Of a stretch of 64,000 nucleotides of DNA, positions 13,476 through 24,654 are shown piece by piece. This DNA is from Penicillus capitatus (lineage: Eukaryota > Plantae > Chlorophyta). How positions within the stretch are numbered: the stretch's first letter is position 1; every line of letters begins with the position of its first letter. A program made the position numbers and the translations under genes. Location: positions 911,101 through 975,100 of the forward strand of contig OZ287696.1 in NCBI GenBank assembly GCA_965649825.1. The letters are read 5' to 3'. The notes beneath the pieces were generated by a model that worked only from the letters and a program-made list of their open reading frames with translations, ran no database searches and was not told the origin of the DNA.

Positions 13476-14295
13476 ATGCAGCATCCTTACGCTCCAGAGA
13501 CCCTGGCGCTTGAAGGATACCAACCGGTTGCCCTGTCGTTGCCGCAAATACTCGTTCCGTTCTTTGTCGGCTTCACCCTGATCCCCTTCGTCCTTCTGGC
13601 CGTGTTTCGTCCGTGATTGTCTATCTTCAAGTACGAACGGACTTGATGCTGTGCAGGTCATGACATGCGCCTGAGCTGGAGTGATACTTTCGTCTGTTGC
13701 TGGCTCGGCCTGTCGGGGGCAACGCACATGTTCGTGGAAGGACCCGTTGTGTGGAATTCTAACTTCTTCCGCGACCCACCCGGGAATTTCATGAACGAGC
13801 TATGTCAGCATTCCATCACACGACGGCACCTATGAAGCGTCATGATGTGACAGGGAAGGAGTATGGGAAGGCAGATTCGCGATATCTTACAAGGGACGCG
13901 TGTACGATCGGCATCGAAGCCATCACTGCCTTCGTCGAAGGGCCCACCTGTTTCTTGCTCATCTTGGCATTTACACAAAGACTGCCTTGGAGACACATCT
14001 TGACGATCATTGTTGTCGTTGGCGAGCTCTATGGGACAGTACTTTACTTCTTGACTTCCTATTACGAAGGTAACAGCGATATTCGCCATCCATCCATACA
14101 CCTTTATGATCATCTATTGTGCGACGCGCAGAATTCGAGTATCAACGCAAAGAGCCGCTCTATTTCTGGTTCTACTTTGTCTTCATGAATTCCATTTGGA
14201 TCATCTTTCCGGCGTTCGTGATATGGAGGATGGGCGTAGAGATCATCGAAGCTGTTGAGTTGGCCGAAAAGATCAAGTGCCATTGTCTTAAATAG
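13476..14295 (+). CDS. EBP: 3-beta-hydroxysteroid delta8-delta7 isomerase (emopamil-binding protein family)
   Basis: MQHPYAP start; HMFVEG; ELW|KEYGKADSRY (intron 13804-13853); IEAITAFVEGP; ELYGTVLYF; FMNSIWIIFP. Confidence 0.92.
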
Positions 14296-14376
14296 CCGCC
14301 GAACGGCGACGCATCAGAGTGTTTGTTGCTGAAGGGGCAAAGCAAAAGTAATGTGAAGCAACGGCAGGAGCATGCA

Positions 14377-16929
14377 TCATGGTGAATGGGCGCTGTCGAG
14401 CCGCATTTTCTTGACTTCGTCTGGCGGTCGCGTCGCCTCATTCGTGAGGGATTCCATTTCTTTTTCCGGTGCCTCTTGAATGTTTTCCATTTCTTCCTGC
14501 AGAAAACATGAATACGTGCAAATCTTGCAAATTGTACCAGTTTCATCAGGACGTTTGCTGTGTCTTCCTTCGGAACCATGAGATTCAACGTGTACGGAGA
14601 AATCAACCAGCCACAAACAGCCAACGGAGCACGGGCTGTCAAACCAGCTGCACAGAAATCCGCATTCACTTTGCTGCGGCAATGAACGTGCTCACCTCCG
14701 GCATCCGTCGATAGCGGAAATTTAAGGCGAGACGCATCGACATCGTCCAATAACACAATGCAACCTCCCTGTTCCAGTTTCCCCATCTTCTCAATGACAT
14801 CTCCATCCGTAATTGTCGCCACGCTGTCTGCATTGTTCGGATTTGGAATTTTTAGTGTCTTCTCTGTCAATAACTGCTTCATCTGGACAGTCCTGAGGTA
14901 GAGTTTCTGCTTCGTGATGTACGGCAGCACCAAGGGCAGCCCTTCCTGACAGAAGCGATAGATGCACTGGTAAGGAGATCCTTCCTTTCTCTGAAAAGCA
15001 CGTGTCAACACCTGGCTGCACATCTCGATCTGCCACACCATGGAATGCCCGATTCTCACCTGTTGTCCCAGTGAGGTGATGCGGATGGCAGTGTCGTACT
15101 GGTTGTCAATGAGTTCCTTGATGGCTGTGCTGATGAAGTAGGCCTTCCTAGGTTCGTTGTTATTCAGATTGCGCGAAATCAGGTTCTTTCCAAGATCAAT
15201 GCCTTCCAGTCCATAAAACGCTGTCACTTCCTGTACGACGGCGTGGCCTTCTAAACAGATGATCGGATCGATTCCTTTGAAAATCTGCCGATGCGGTGTC
15301 TCGTCCTTGTCCTTTGCCTTCGCCGTTTCCTTTGTATCGCGGCCCAGTCGTTTGTTACGCTCCTCATAGTATTCGTTTTTTCGTTCGGCAGTGCACGCTT
15401 CGATTCTGTGCTGCACCGAGGGCACCGCTGTCTCGATCACTGGCTTCAGTTTTCGAAACAGCGCCACGAAGAACCCGCCGCTATTGTTGGCATGGGGGAG
15501 CAATCGCATGCAGCGTTCCAACGGGATATCCTCCCCATCGACAGGCGGAAAGAATGATGGATCGATATCGAGTTTCTTCTGAGTTGCCTGTCTGTGCTCG
15601 ACCGCCGCTTGGTAGTTCTCGTATTCCCTGCAGCAGAGGACTCGACCGATTTCACGACGGTTAGACGAAAAAACCTGTTGTCATCGGCAACGATCCAGGT
15701 TCGTTTTCCTCGACAGTGCTTGAGCTGTGGGAACGCAGTGGAGAGGTCGACCAGTTCCATGGCCCCGTGGGATTGGCGCAGCACCTCAGCGACGACAGCT
15801 TCGTCTTCCAGTGGATTGAGAGAACAGGTTGAGTACACCATCAATCCGCCCAATGCCAAAAGCTTCAGGCCTCGCAGAGCAATGCGCAGCTGCAGTGGAT
15901 GCAAACCACAGGCATCATGAAGCTTCCACTTTCGCCACACCTCTGGATTCTTACGCGTCGTGCCATCTCCAGAACACGGGACGTCCGCCACAATTCGATC
16001 AAACTCAACGAGCGCCTAGAACAGGACGACAGAAATGATCAGAGTGCGAGATAAGTATCGTACGCACTCTTTTGTCGGATGTGACTTTGGCTCCGTTTGG
16101 GAAGAGGCTTGCATCGGCAGAAGTAATGAGGATGTTTGGACTGACCATACGTTTCACTTGATGCGTCATCATATTGCATCGCTGGAAATCCACGTCGTTT
16201 GCCATCACGTATCCCGTGGGGAGTTGCGTCTGATCTCTGTGCAGCATCTCCAGCAGTTGTACCGTTTTGGATCCAGGGGCGGCGCACATGTCCAGCACTC
16301 GATGATGTGACTGCACATCGAGAACCAGAGGGGGAATCATCGACACCGCCTCTTGACGACTGATATTGCCTGCCATTGTCTCACGCTTGATATACTCATG
16401 CAATGCCTCGAAAGTGGGATCACGTCGGAGCTCTCGCCGAGAGAACCCAAATTGCCAGGCCAGTGCATCGGGATACCAGGGCAATGCCTTTGGCGGCGCC
16501 ACCGCTCCGCTCTCCTAAAACAATGGTTATCGAACACCACGAAGGGGAAGATGTAAATGTCTGCCGGACGTCGCGTTTGGCATTGGCCAGTTTTGCAAAG
16601 AAATCGGTTTCGAGCTTATCTCGGAGACTTTGGGCATAGGGTCCTCGTCCATTGATCCGAAAGACGACGGGCAATTCTGTCCGTGCCGCCTGGAGAAAGG
16701 CCTCCCATTCGTCCTCGGGCACGATGCCCTGTTTCTGATAGTACGCTTCGAATCGTTCGTTTCGAAACTGACTGTCCTCAAGCCATCGGCTCTCTTCCCG
16801 AAACGTATCTTCCGCTTTTTGCCGGAAATCTCGATTGAGCGACTAAACAGAGCGTTTTGTGGCGCTGTGCGACATCGAGTAGGCATTCCGTACTTTCCCG
16901 CGCCATCCCCTTCCGCGTTTGTTCTTCAT
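14377..16929 (-). CDS. NSUN2: tRNA (cytosine-5)-methyltransferase, NSUN2/Trm4 family
   Basis: [86 protein letters not shown]. Confidence 0.95.
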
Positions 16930-16964
16930 TTTCTCGATACGCGCTGTCCTATCTTTGTCGCGCA

Positions 16965-17362
16965 ATGGCAGATGAACGGACCCCCATTCGCGAACCTTTG
17001 GATTTGGTGCGGCTTTCTCTGGAAGAGCGTGTCTATGTCAAACTTCGAGGCGACCGAGAGTTGCGAGGGAAGCTTCATGTGTGTCACAACGCGTTGCATA
17101 TCCCCAGCTGACGTCTCAGTACCTTAGGCGTACGACCAACATCTGAATATCATCCTTGGCGACGTGGAAGAGACGATTACGACCCTGGAGATCGACGACG
17201 AAACCTACGAAGAAATCATCAAGGTATGACAGTCCAGCGACCATCGAACGCAGTCAATCAACGACGAGCATATGTGATGAGTAGACTCAGAAACGATCGA
17301 TGCCGTATCTCTTCGTTCGTGGCGATGGAGTGATTCTCATTTCTCCGCCGCTTCGAAAATAG
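16965..17362 (+). CDS. LSM3: U6 snRNA-associated Sm-like protein LSm3 (3 exons)
   Basis: [29 protein letters not shown]|[16 protein letters not shown]...YEEIIK|[24 protein letters not shown]. Confidence 0.96.
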
Positions 17363-17709
17363 AGACGGTCTCCTTCAAAAGAAGAAAGGGTGTTGTGGAT
17401 GGTAGTGCTAGAGAGACAGCCTTGTCAGAATGACATGTCTTTGATAACATCTGTAAAAAGAGTCCATCACTCTCCTGTTGCCGTTTGCAGATGAACCAGC
17501 TGGCAAAAGATCATTCCTTGTCTAGACAGACTGCATAGTATTAGTGAAACCGTAGCAATTGAATGCTCCAGAGCCAATGTCCAAAATGCCAAACAGCAAA
17601 AACACGTTGGAATGCAAGACTGTAAACATAGGTTTGTGCTTTCTCTCACCATCCACAGCTCATAGCGCCGTTTCCCACGCGATTGTTTCCCGACAAGTAT
17701 GTCTGAAAA

Positions 17710-19470
17710 TCACACGCTTTGGCTTCTGTAACGATATAGTAGAACGTCCCAGAGAATCATTTTCTTGTAGACATCATAGATCTTTATCAGTTTTTGGACA
17801 TCCGAGAGGTCTCTGTTTTCTTTGACATCTCTTGTGGAGATTGTTGGCGGCTTCTTGCCAGAATCTTCGTATCTGCGAAGACTCTCAGCATACAACTGAT
17901 GGAGGAAGTTAAAGTTGTGCTCTGTGTCTGGGCAGTTTGCTGCGAGGAGCTCTAGATCATCAACGAGATGTGACTTCGTCGACAGCAGCTCAAAGCATCG
18001 CTGTGCAACGGCATCCTGAACAGAGACCTTGCATTTCCAACCCAAGTAATTGAAAGCAGCAATCGCACGGCCATCTAAAAATCCACCAGCCATTAGGCGA
18101 ATCTTGTTTTGCTGTTCACGCTGGCCCAAGTACATCTCATCATCCGAATTCGGATGCATACTTCCATCCTCTTTGTGCGCTTTCGACAGAGCTTCCTTCC
18201 GGATCTCCTCTGCCTCTGACTCCTACATCAAACAATCCTCACCGCATTGCTGGTGATGTGACAGCCGTTCTTGCATGCGTTAGATAGTTGTGACAGAACC
18301 AGTCGATGGCATCTTCGATGTTTGAGAAGAGGACATAATCGTCTTTGGGATTGAGCGGCGGAATGTAACCGTAGAACAGAAAGAAATCGTCATTGTTCCG
18401 TTCGCCATAGGACATGCATATCTGCCATCCGCCTTTGAACCTTGTCGACCGATAAATGCATCACCTCATGGTAAGCTGAAACGGATGTCGATGTCACAAA
18501 CTGCATCTCCCATTGATTAGTCTTCGACTTCTCCGGCGGAACAATGTCCCATTTCACCGAATCCCGTTTGTCAAATGCGTCAATGAAAGAACGAAAACAG
18601 CGATCGCCTCCATGGTTGAACATGTCGGCCAATGGCACGAGCAAATGAACGTCGGATGGGCCACGTTTACCAGCAGTTCCAAATGTCCTCGAGTGTACGA
18701 TGGACATTGCCCAGTCAAAGTCATCTCTGTCACTGTGGCTGTGTGCCTCGGGCTTCAATCTTTGCCATGCGTCGGATACCAACCAAATATACCGATCCAA
18801 GTCTGATCGGATATCTTCGTACTCAATCGCACAGATATCTTCGTAAGAAAACGAGCACAGAACGCAGAGGATTTTGCGTGGCAAGCTTTGAAGGTAGGGA
18901 AACCACATGGATGCCTCTCCAAGTGCTTTCTCACGCAGAAGGCGACAGGCCAGTCGCACAGACCATGGTGCTCCCTGTGTGCCTCGCAAGGAAATCGTAC
19001 ATGCATGAGATGACACACCTCATACATAAGCTGATTGGACACGTCATCATCTTTGTGATCGACGAGTGCTACTTTCAAAGGAAGCGTGAGGATGACGTCT
19101 CCTTTGTCGATCTCCGAAACGGCGAAGACTCCGCGATCCCCTTTCTCCGATTCGAAAAGGGAGATCTTAGAAGCATCGGTACCGATTTCTGGAACCCCTG
19201 GGCAAGCGACTTATTGAAAACCGATGCAGCAGGAAGCTGATAAACGACCATTGAAATGGCACCAACTCCACAAATCATTCAATTCTGCAAGCGATGAACA
19301 GCTCGAGGATAAAGCATCGAGTGGTCGACGCCATCGGCGGCACTACGCATCTTCAACGCTTTCGCTCAATGCGATCGACACCGTGCGCTTACCAGTCGTC
19401 TTTGGACGCGTCGATCTGTCACGATCTTCGAAATCCATGCCTGCTGAAGGTCGACGTGTATAGCGTGCAT
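17710..19470 (-). CDS. SET-domain lysine methyltransferase, Rubisco-LSMT/SETD3-like, with C-terminal substrate-binding-like region
   Basis: GNRGVFAVSEIDKGDVILTLPL, WFPYLQSLP, FDWAMSIVHSRTF, LVPLADMFNH; start inferred from a transit-like first exon. Confidence 0.85.
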
Positions 19471-19544
19471 TCTGAATCTCTGCCTGTCTTGTCGCGTCGC
19501 ACATCTCGCTTTTCCATTCTTTTAGCATGCGTCTGCGTTGCTCC

Positions 19545-20214
19545 ATGATGCTCAAGCCGACGAGTTTTAGAATCACACAGTCGCATGTACCTTCTCTTGT
19601 CATTGGTCACACGGTAATCGTTCTCGGCGGTAGGTGCCCCCAACTCAACTTCTCATACGACGACACCCAAGTGGTCACACGCAATTTCCGGCCGCAACGG
19701 CACATCTCTCCCTATTTACGTCAGGAGGCGCCGTTGCACGGGAGTACCATGGCCGCGTCGTGGTCCGTGCCGCTGCCGGAGGCGGGGTGGCGGATAAACC
19801 CGTGACCACACCGGACAAGAGCAAACAGTACAACATCTTTGCCTCTCGATTGTCTTCCTCACTCATTGTGACATATCAGGAAAGGAACGAGTCGCAGGCG
19901 ACCGCCCATTTATCGCGTTCTTCTCCATAACGATAACTACAACAGCCGGGAGTATGTTGTCCGGGTGTTGGTGAAAGTGATCGACTGCCTAAGCCTCGAT
20001 GATGCTGTCAACGTCATGCAGGTTACACAGCAGTCAATAGAAAAAGAGCTATTGATATAATGTGTGAGATCAGGTGGCACATGTCAGCGGAATTGCTCTG
20101 GTGACAGCCTGTGCTCAAGAAGAGGCCGAGACCTACTGTCAAGGACTGAGAAACAATGGACTAACGTCCACGATCGAGCCAGATGGGGGTTCTGGTGGCG
20201 GTGCAGAGATCTAA
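19545..20214 (+). CDS. clpS: Plastid ATP-dependent Clp protease adaptor ClpS
   Basis: PPIYRVLLHNDNYNSREYVVRVLVKV...DAVNVMQ|VAHVSGIALVTACAQEEAETYCQGLRNNGLTSTIEP; transit-peptide-like N-terminus. Confidence 0.92.
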
Positions 20215-20516
20215 TCATAAACATTGCGATGCAGATTCTGAGACGTGTCGATGAATACTAATCTGCCCTTGTACAACAAATACGCACCACTTTTGAGAGG
20301 ATGATGAAATGGAAGCGATACCTCCTCGCACTGAACACGACTCATTTGCGTCATCAATTGAACGACGTTTGTCAGAGAATGGTTTCGAGAGTCTTCTGCC
20401 ACTGAGATCGATAGACGTAGAACATTCGGTGTTCCTTGTGGGGGGTCCAGAATCGGCCACGATTGAACAGCGTCGTTCAGAAAAGAGAGTGAGTGATCGT
20501 CTCCCGAAGGAATGGA
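20215..20516 (-). pseudogene. Decayed 3' fragment of the NIPA/ZC3HC1-like gene (intact copy at 30667-31854)
   Basis: ORF 20211-20552 SIPSGDDHSLSFLNDAVQSWPILDP matches SVPSTDDRSLSFLNDPVRSGPILNP; nucleotide match to 30520-30810 with frameshift. Confidence 0.85.
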
Positions 20517-20639
20517 AGTCGCCTTTCTATTCTTTCTGTCAAGACCATCCATACATCTTACCTACATAACCGAATTGTCTTTGTGAAGTGTCGAGATGTC
20601 CGACGATCAGTCTTGGTTAAAAACGAGGGTCATTGGGTG

Positions 20640-21910
20640 TTTGGGTTCAGAAAATGGATGGCTTTGAATCTTTGTATGACGATATCGATCGCGGACCGTT
20701 GGCCGTTCGACATTCAGCTTTAGGCAGCTTCGTGAGATCTGCGTCTATCGAACAACAGCTGCTTTCGAAAAGATCCACTGTCTGTCCGTCAATGTTGCCG
20801 ACCATCCCTTCGGCTAGCGTCTTGCCTAAGAAGACAGAGTGGTGATCTCCACATGACTCGGGTAGCGAGCAGTGGCGAACGAATGACACACAACGAGTGC
20901 CTCTCGTCGGCGGTGTAGTCACGGCCGGCAACACATGTCGATGCGTCAAAAAGAGCATAAGCCGGTTGGTTTCTCCGCAGACGGCCAAGTTCTCGTAGAA
21001 AGGCAGAGACTGCACAGAAAACCTTCGTCGCACACGACTACTTCTTGCGGGGCATCCTCACGATGGCTGTAGCTCCGAGTGTCGCAACGTCGACTGCGGA
21101 CGACAACAGACTCCATTCGGCCTCTTTCAGAATCACCACGCACATCCTTTCGATCGAAGAAAGACATCTGGCCGCTCTAGCTGCATGCAGCCTTTGCTTG
21201 ATCGCCATCGTTCGTGCCGTCTGGCATCCGGCTTATATTCGATATACTTCTCTTGTAGCATTACAGCGAGATCCGGATCTCCAAAGCACTGTTTCCCGAA
21301 CTCAGCCTCTTTCACTTACTGTTCTGGGTAAAAGCAAGTCACCGCCGGCTTCGCAGTCAGAAGAGTCTGCTCAGCCAGTGCAGACCGAGCGAATTTCATT
21401 GGCCGTCGCCAGCCTCAGCATCAAACACTCGACGCCGTGCGCGAACCGAACTAAAACCACGGGTCCACGGCCGTCTGGTTGTCGCAGATCAGCCGGCCGT
21501 TCGGTTCTGCCTTCCATGTCCGGAGGAGTTAGGTCAACCGACAACTCCAGAACCGATTCGCGTTACACCGTCGCAAGCGCTCTCGCGACGGCGTTCGCTG
21601 CAGAAACGTCCGAGACAGACGGCCGCCATCACGAAGAGTCCTTGCTGCTTCTTCGACAGAAAACCCCTGCATCTTCTCTCTGCTCAGGCGACGTCGAGCC
21701 GACTCGAGCGGTTCGCCGTTCGCAGATTCGCGCTGAAACGGTCGCGGAAACGCATGCGCGTTACATCTACTGTTACACCTAGAGGAGAACATCCGGACAT
21801 ACTGTAGACAATCTCACCTGTAAAAAACTCTGCACAGCTTACGAGAACGCTCTCCCGCTCGCATCTCGCGTCCCGACGACAGAATTCTGCGTTTCCGGCC
21901 CTTGGGCAGC
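20640..21910 (-). pseudogene. Possible decayed gene divergent from the Pro-rich gene (also at about 53630-54900)
   Basis: Minus-strand splice-like sites (TC|GTAAGC...CTAG, CA|GTAAGT) and protein-like stretches (EFGKQCFGDPDLAVMLQEKYIEYKPDARRHERW; SVQSLPFYENLAVCGETNRLMLFL) interrupted by stops; 1-bp indels between the copies; no family recognised. Confidence 0.3.
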
Positions 21911-22002
21911 CATCTCTTCGGCCGTCGGCGCATGCAGCCGCCGCCAAACGACCACAGTTAGCAGCCGCCAACCACATGCCGCGAACGACAACCGAGGCGG
22001 CC

Positions 22003-22008
22003 TATAAA
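22003..22008 (+). promoter_or_regulatory. TATA box of the Pro-rich cassette gene (copy 2 at 54995-55000)
   Basis: CCTATAAAGG about 100 nt upstream of ATG 22105, followed by a pyrimidine-rich leader. Confidence 0.5.
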
Positions 22009-22104
22009 GGTCCTGTCGAAGCGCCTTCCGCACTCGAGTTTCCGAGTTCTGTTTCTGCTTCCGGCGACCTTTGCTACTTTCTTCGACGACCGACTTCCAC
22101 GAAG

Positions 22105-23291
22105 ATGTCTGATACCAGAATGAACACCGAGGCCGATTACGGCTACCCAGACAAGCCGTAAGTCTTTTACCCACGCTTCGACGCGTCGCGCGCCTCAGAC
22201 CTCCTCGACTGCGGCGCTGGACGATCACCGTGCACATGGATGCGTCCAGCGCCACAATCCGAACGCATGCGGTCGCGTGCCTCCGAGAACGCGCAGCTGT
22301 CCTGTTCTTCGACAGGTCTCTAACCTGCGTCTGTGTTTAGGTTTTCGCAGGTCACGCTCCGGGAGGTCTTAAGCGACAGACCTCCCCGGGCGTTCGAGGG
22401 AATGGATGAGGCCGAGCGAAGGCAGTTGTATTGGGAATTAAAAGCCCAATCAACTGCCTTCAGGGGACAACAACTGCTCGAAGAGCAGGCCCCTCCTGTG
22501 CGGTTCGGTCCCAATAGGGACCAGACCGCACAGGCTCGGCCCGGACGGCGGGCGAGGGTCCTCTCTGCCGATGAGAGGAGAGCGCGGTTGGCCCAACAGG
22601 GCCAGCCTGCTGCTCCGCCGCCTCAGGCGCGCCCCGCATCGCCGCCTCCTGCAGCCTCCCAGCCACAGACATCATCGCCGCCGCCGCCGCCGCCAGCCGA
22701 GGCGTCACCAGCAGCCTCTCATCCGACAGCCCTGCCAGCGGCACCCCAGACGAGCGCGCCGCCGACCATGGAGTGGTCACCTGCGCAGCCAGCCACTCCT
22801 CATGTCCAACCTGCTGCGCCGCCTCCGGCATCATCACAGACGCCCAGTTCAGCCGCCATGGAGTGGTCCGCCTGTCCTTCCCCGCAGCCAACCCAGACGA
22901 TGTCCAATCCAACCACCCAGCCATTCAAGCCGCCGCTCTTCCCCCCTCGCCCGCAGGTGTTTTGCATACCTGCATCCCCTCCTCCTATCATCCCCTCACG
23001 TCTTTTTAAGTTTTCCTTCCCCTTTTTTCCCCCTCCCTTTCCTGCACGCACCTCCCAATACTCCCTACCTTCTCAACCTCCAATCCCCCCTCGTCCTTTC
23101 ATCCTTTCTGTCCGATATCCTGGCATCCCTCCCAGACCATACTTCTTATCTGGCGAGTGTGTGAGCTTGGGTCCTGCGATTCCTCAGCGCCTTTTCTTCC
23201 TATCAGGCGAATGTGTAAGTCACTTTTTTGTTTCCTTCTCTCTTTTGATGTGCTTTCTGTGTAGGTTTATGTTGAAGGTTGGTCTGCCTGA
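22105..23291 (+). CDS. Orphan Pro-rich protein, copy 1 (about 340-356 aa, 4 exons)
   Basis: Introns 22158-22198, 22316-22340 (or 22272-22350) and 23215-23264 give one frame ending ...FFLSGEC|VYVEGWSA*; synonymous-biased divergence from copy 2. Confidence 0.8.
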
Positions 23292-23740
23292 GGGCATCTT
23301 TCTCCACATTTTTGAACGCTGTTTTCTCTCTTTGCTGAAAAATTTTAAAAAAACAAAAAGATTCATGGGCTGTTTTCTTTTCTTCCTGTTTCTGCCAATC
23401 CACCTTCGCTTTGTTGTGGATGGCTGTGTTTGCTGTTTTTACGTGTTGGCTGTCAACAGCTCATCAGCTGTTTTGTACATGGAGCGTGTCGTTTCTTGAT
23501 CTGCTGTTTTGCTCGGCTGGAGGATGGAGACTGGGGTGTGCCACGTACTCTCTGTTTTTTACCTGGGATGGCTGCTAGCGTCGTTCTACTTGTCATTTTT
23601 GCTGATTTGGAGGCCGCCATGTCTATTTACCTGCTGTCTGGAGCTGCCACGTCCGATTTGGCGTTTTGATGCATAGAAACTGGAGTGTCCGACTCACTGT
23701 ATTGCTGCCTGGAGGATCCCATCTGCTGTCTTGCTGCTTG

Positions 23741-24010
23741 AAGCTGCCGTACCTCACCTGCTGCTGTGCTACTGGAGGCTGCCGTTTCTCACATGCCGCC
23801 TGACTGACCAGAGGCTGCCACACCTCACCTGCTGCTGTGCTACCAGAGGCTGCCATACCTCACCTGCTGCTGTGCTACTGGAGACTGCCGTTTCTCACAT
23901 GCCGCCTGACTGACTGGAGGCTGCCATACCTCACCTGCTGCTGTGCTACTGGAAGATGCTGTACCTCACCTGCTGCCTGACTGCCCGGAGGCTGCCTTGT
24001 CTTACCTGCT
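23741..24010 (+). repeat. Degenerate 35-36 bp minisatellite, about 8 units
   Basis: Unit like GCTGCCATACCTCACCTGCTGCTGTGCTACTGGAG. Confidence 0.85.
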
Positions 24011-24654
24011 TTCCGCTGCCCAAAAGATGCCATCTATTGATGTTCCCGTGCGGAGCTGCCGTGTCCGATCTGCTTATCTTACCGCCTGGAGACTGGAGTG
24101 TCCTAACATGCCGACTGCTCATCGAACGCTGCCGAGTCTCTCTACCCGATTCCTTGCCGACTGGAGGCTGCAGTTCTTTCTTTCTACCGTCTGCTGCCTG
24201 GAGACTTCCTGGTCTGTCTACCTGCTGCGTGGTGTGGATGGAGGCCGCAGTCGACCTCGTTCTACCTGCGACATCGCTGCCCAGAGGCCACAGTCGTTCT
24301 GCATGCAGTCTCGCTTCTTATGTGGGCCCAGTCGCCATACATGCCGCATTGCTTTAAAAGTCTGTGGTCGTTCTTACTGCTGCCGTACTGACAAGAAGAT
24401 GAGGAGTCTGTCTACCTGCCGCTTTACCATGGATGCAAGGCGACAGTCGCCTTCACTGTTGCCTTGGAGTCAGTGGATTCCGCAGTCACTCTACCTGCGA
24501 CCGCGATGCCCGGAGGCCACAGTCGTTCTGCATGCTGCCTTGATGTGAATGGAGGCCGCAGTCCTTCTACCCGCTGACCAGTTGCCCAGAGACCGTCGCC
24601 ACCCTACCTGTCGCCGTGCTGACTGTAAGATGTTGAGTCAGTCCACCTGCTGCC

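Noticed and set aside
21045-21782. 245-aa plus-strand ORF as a gene
   Set aside because: A 1-bp indel splits it in copy 2, its composition is Ser/Arg/Ala-rich shadow-like, and it has no motif.
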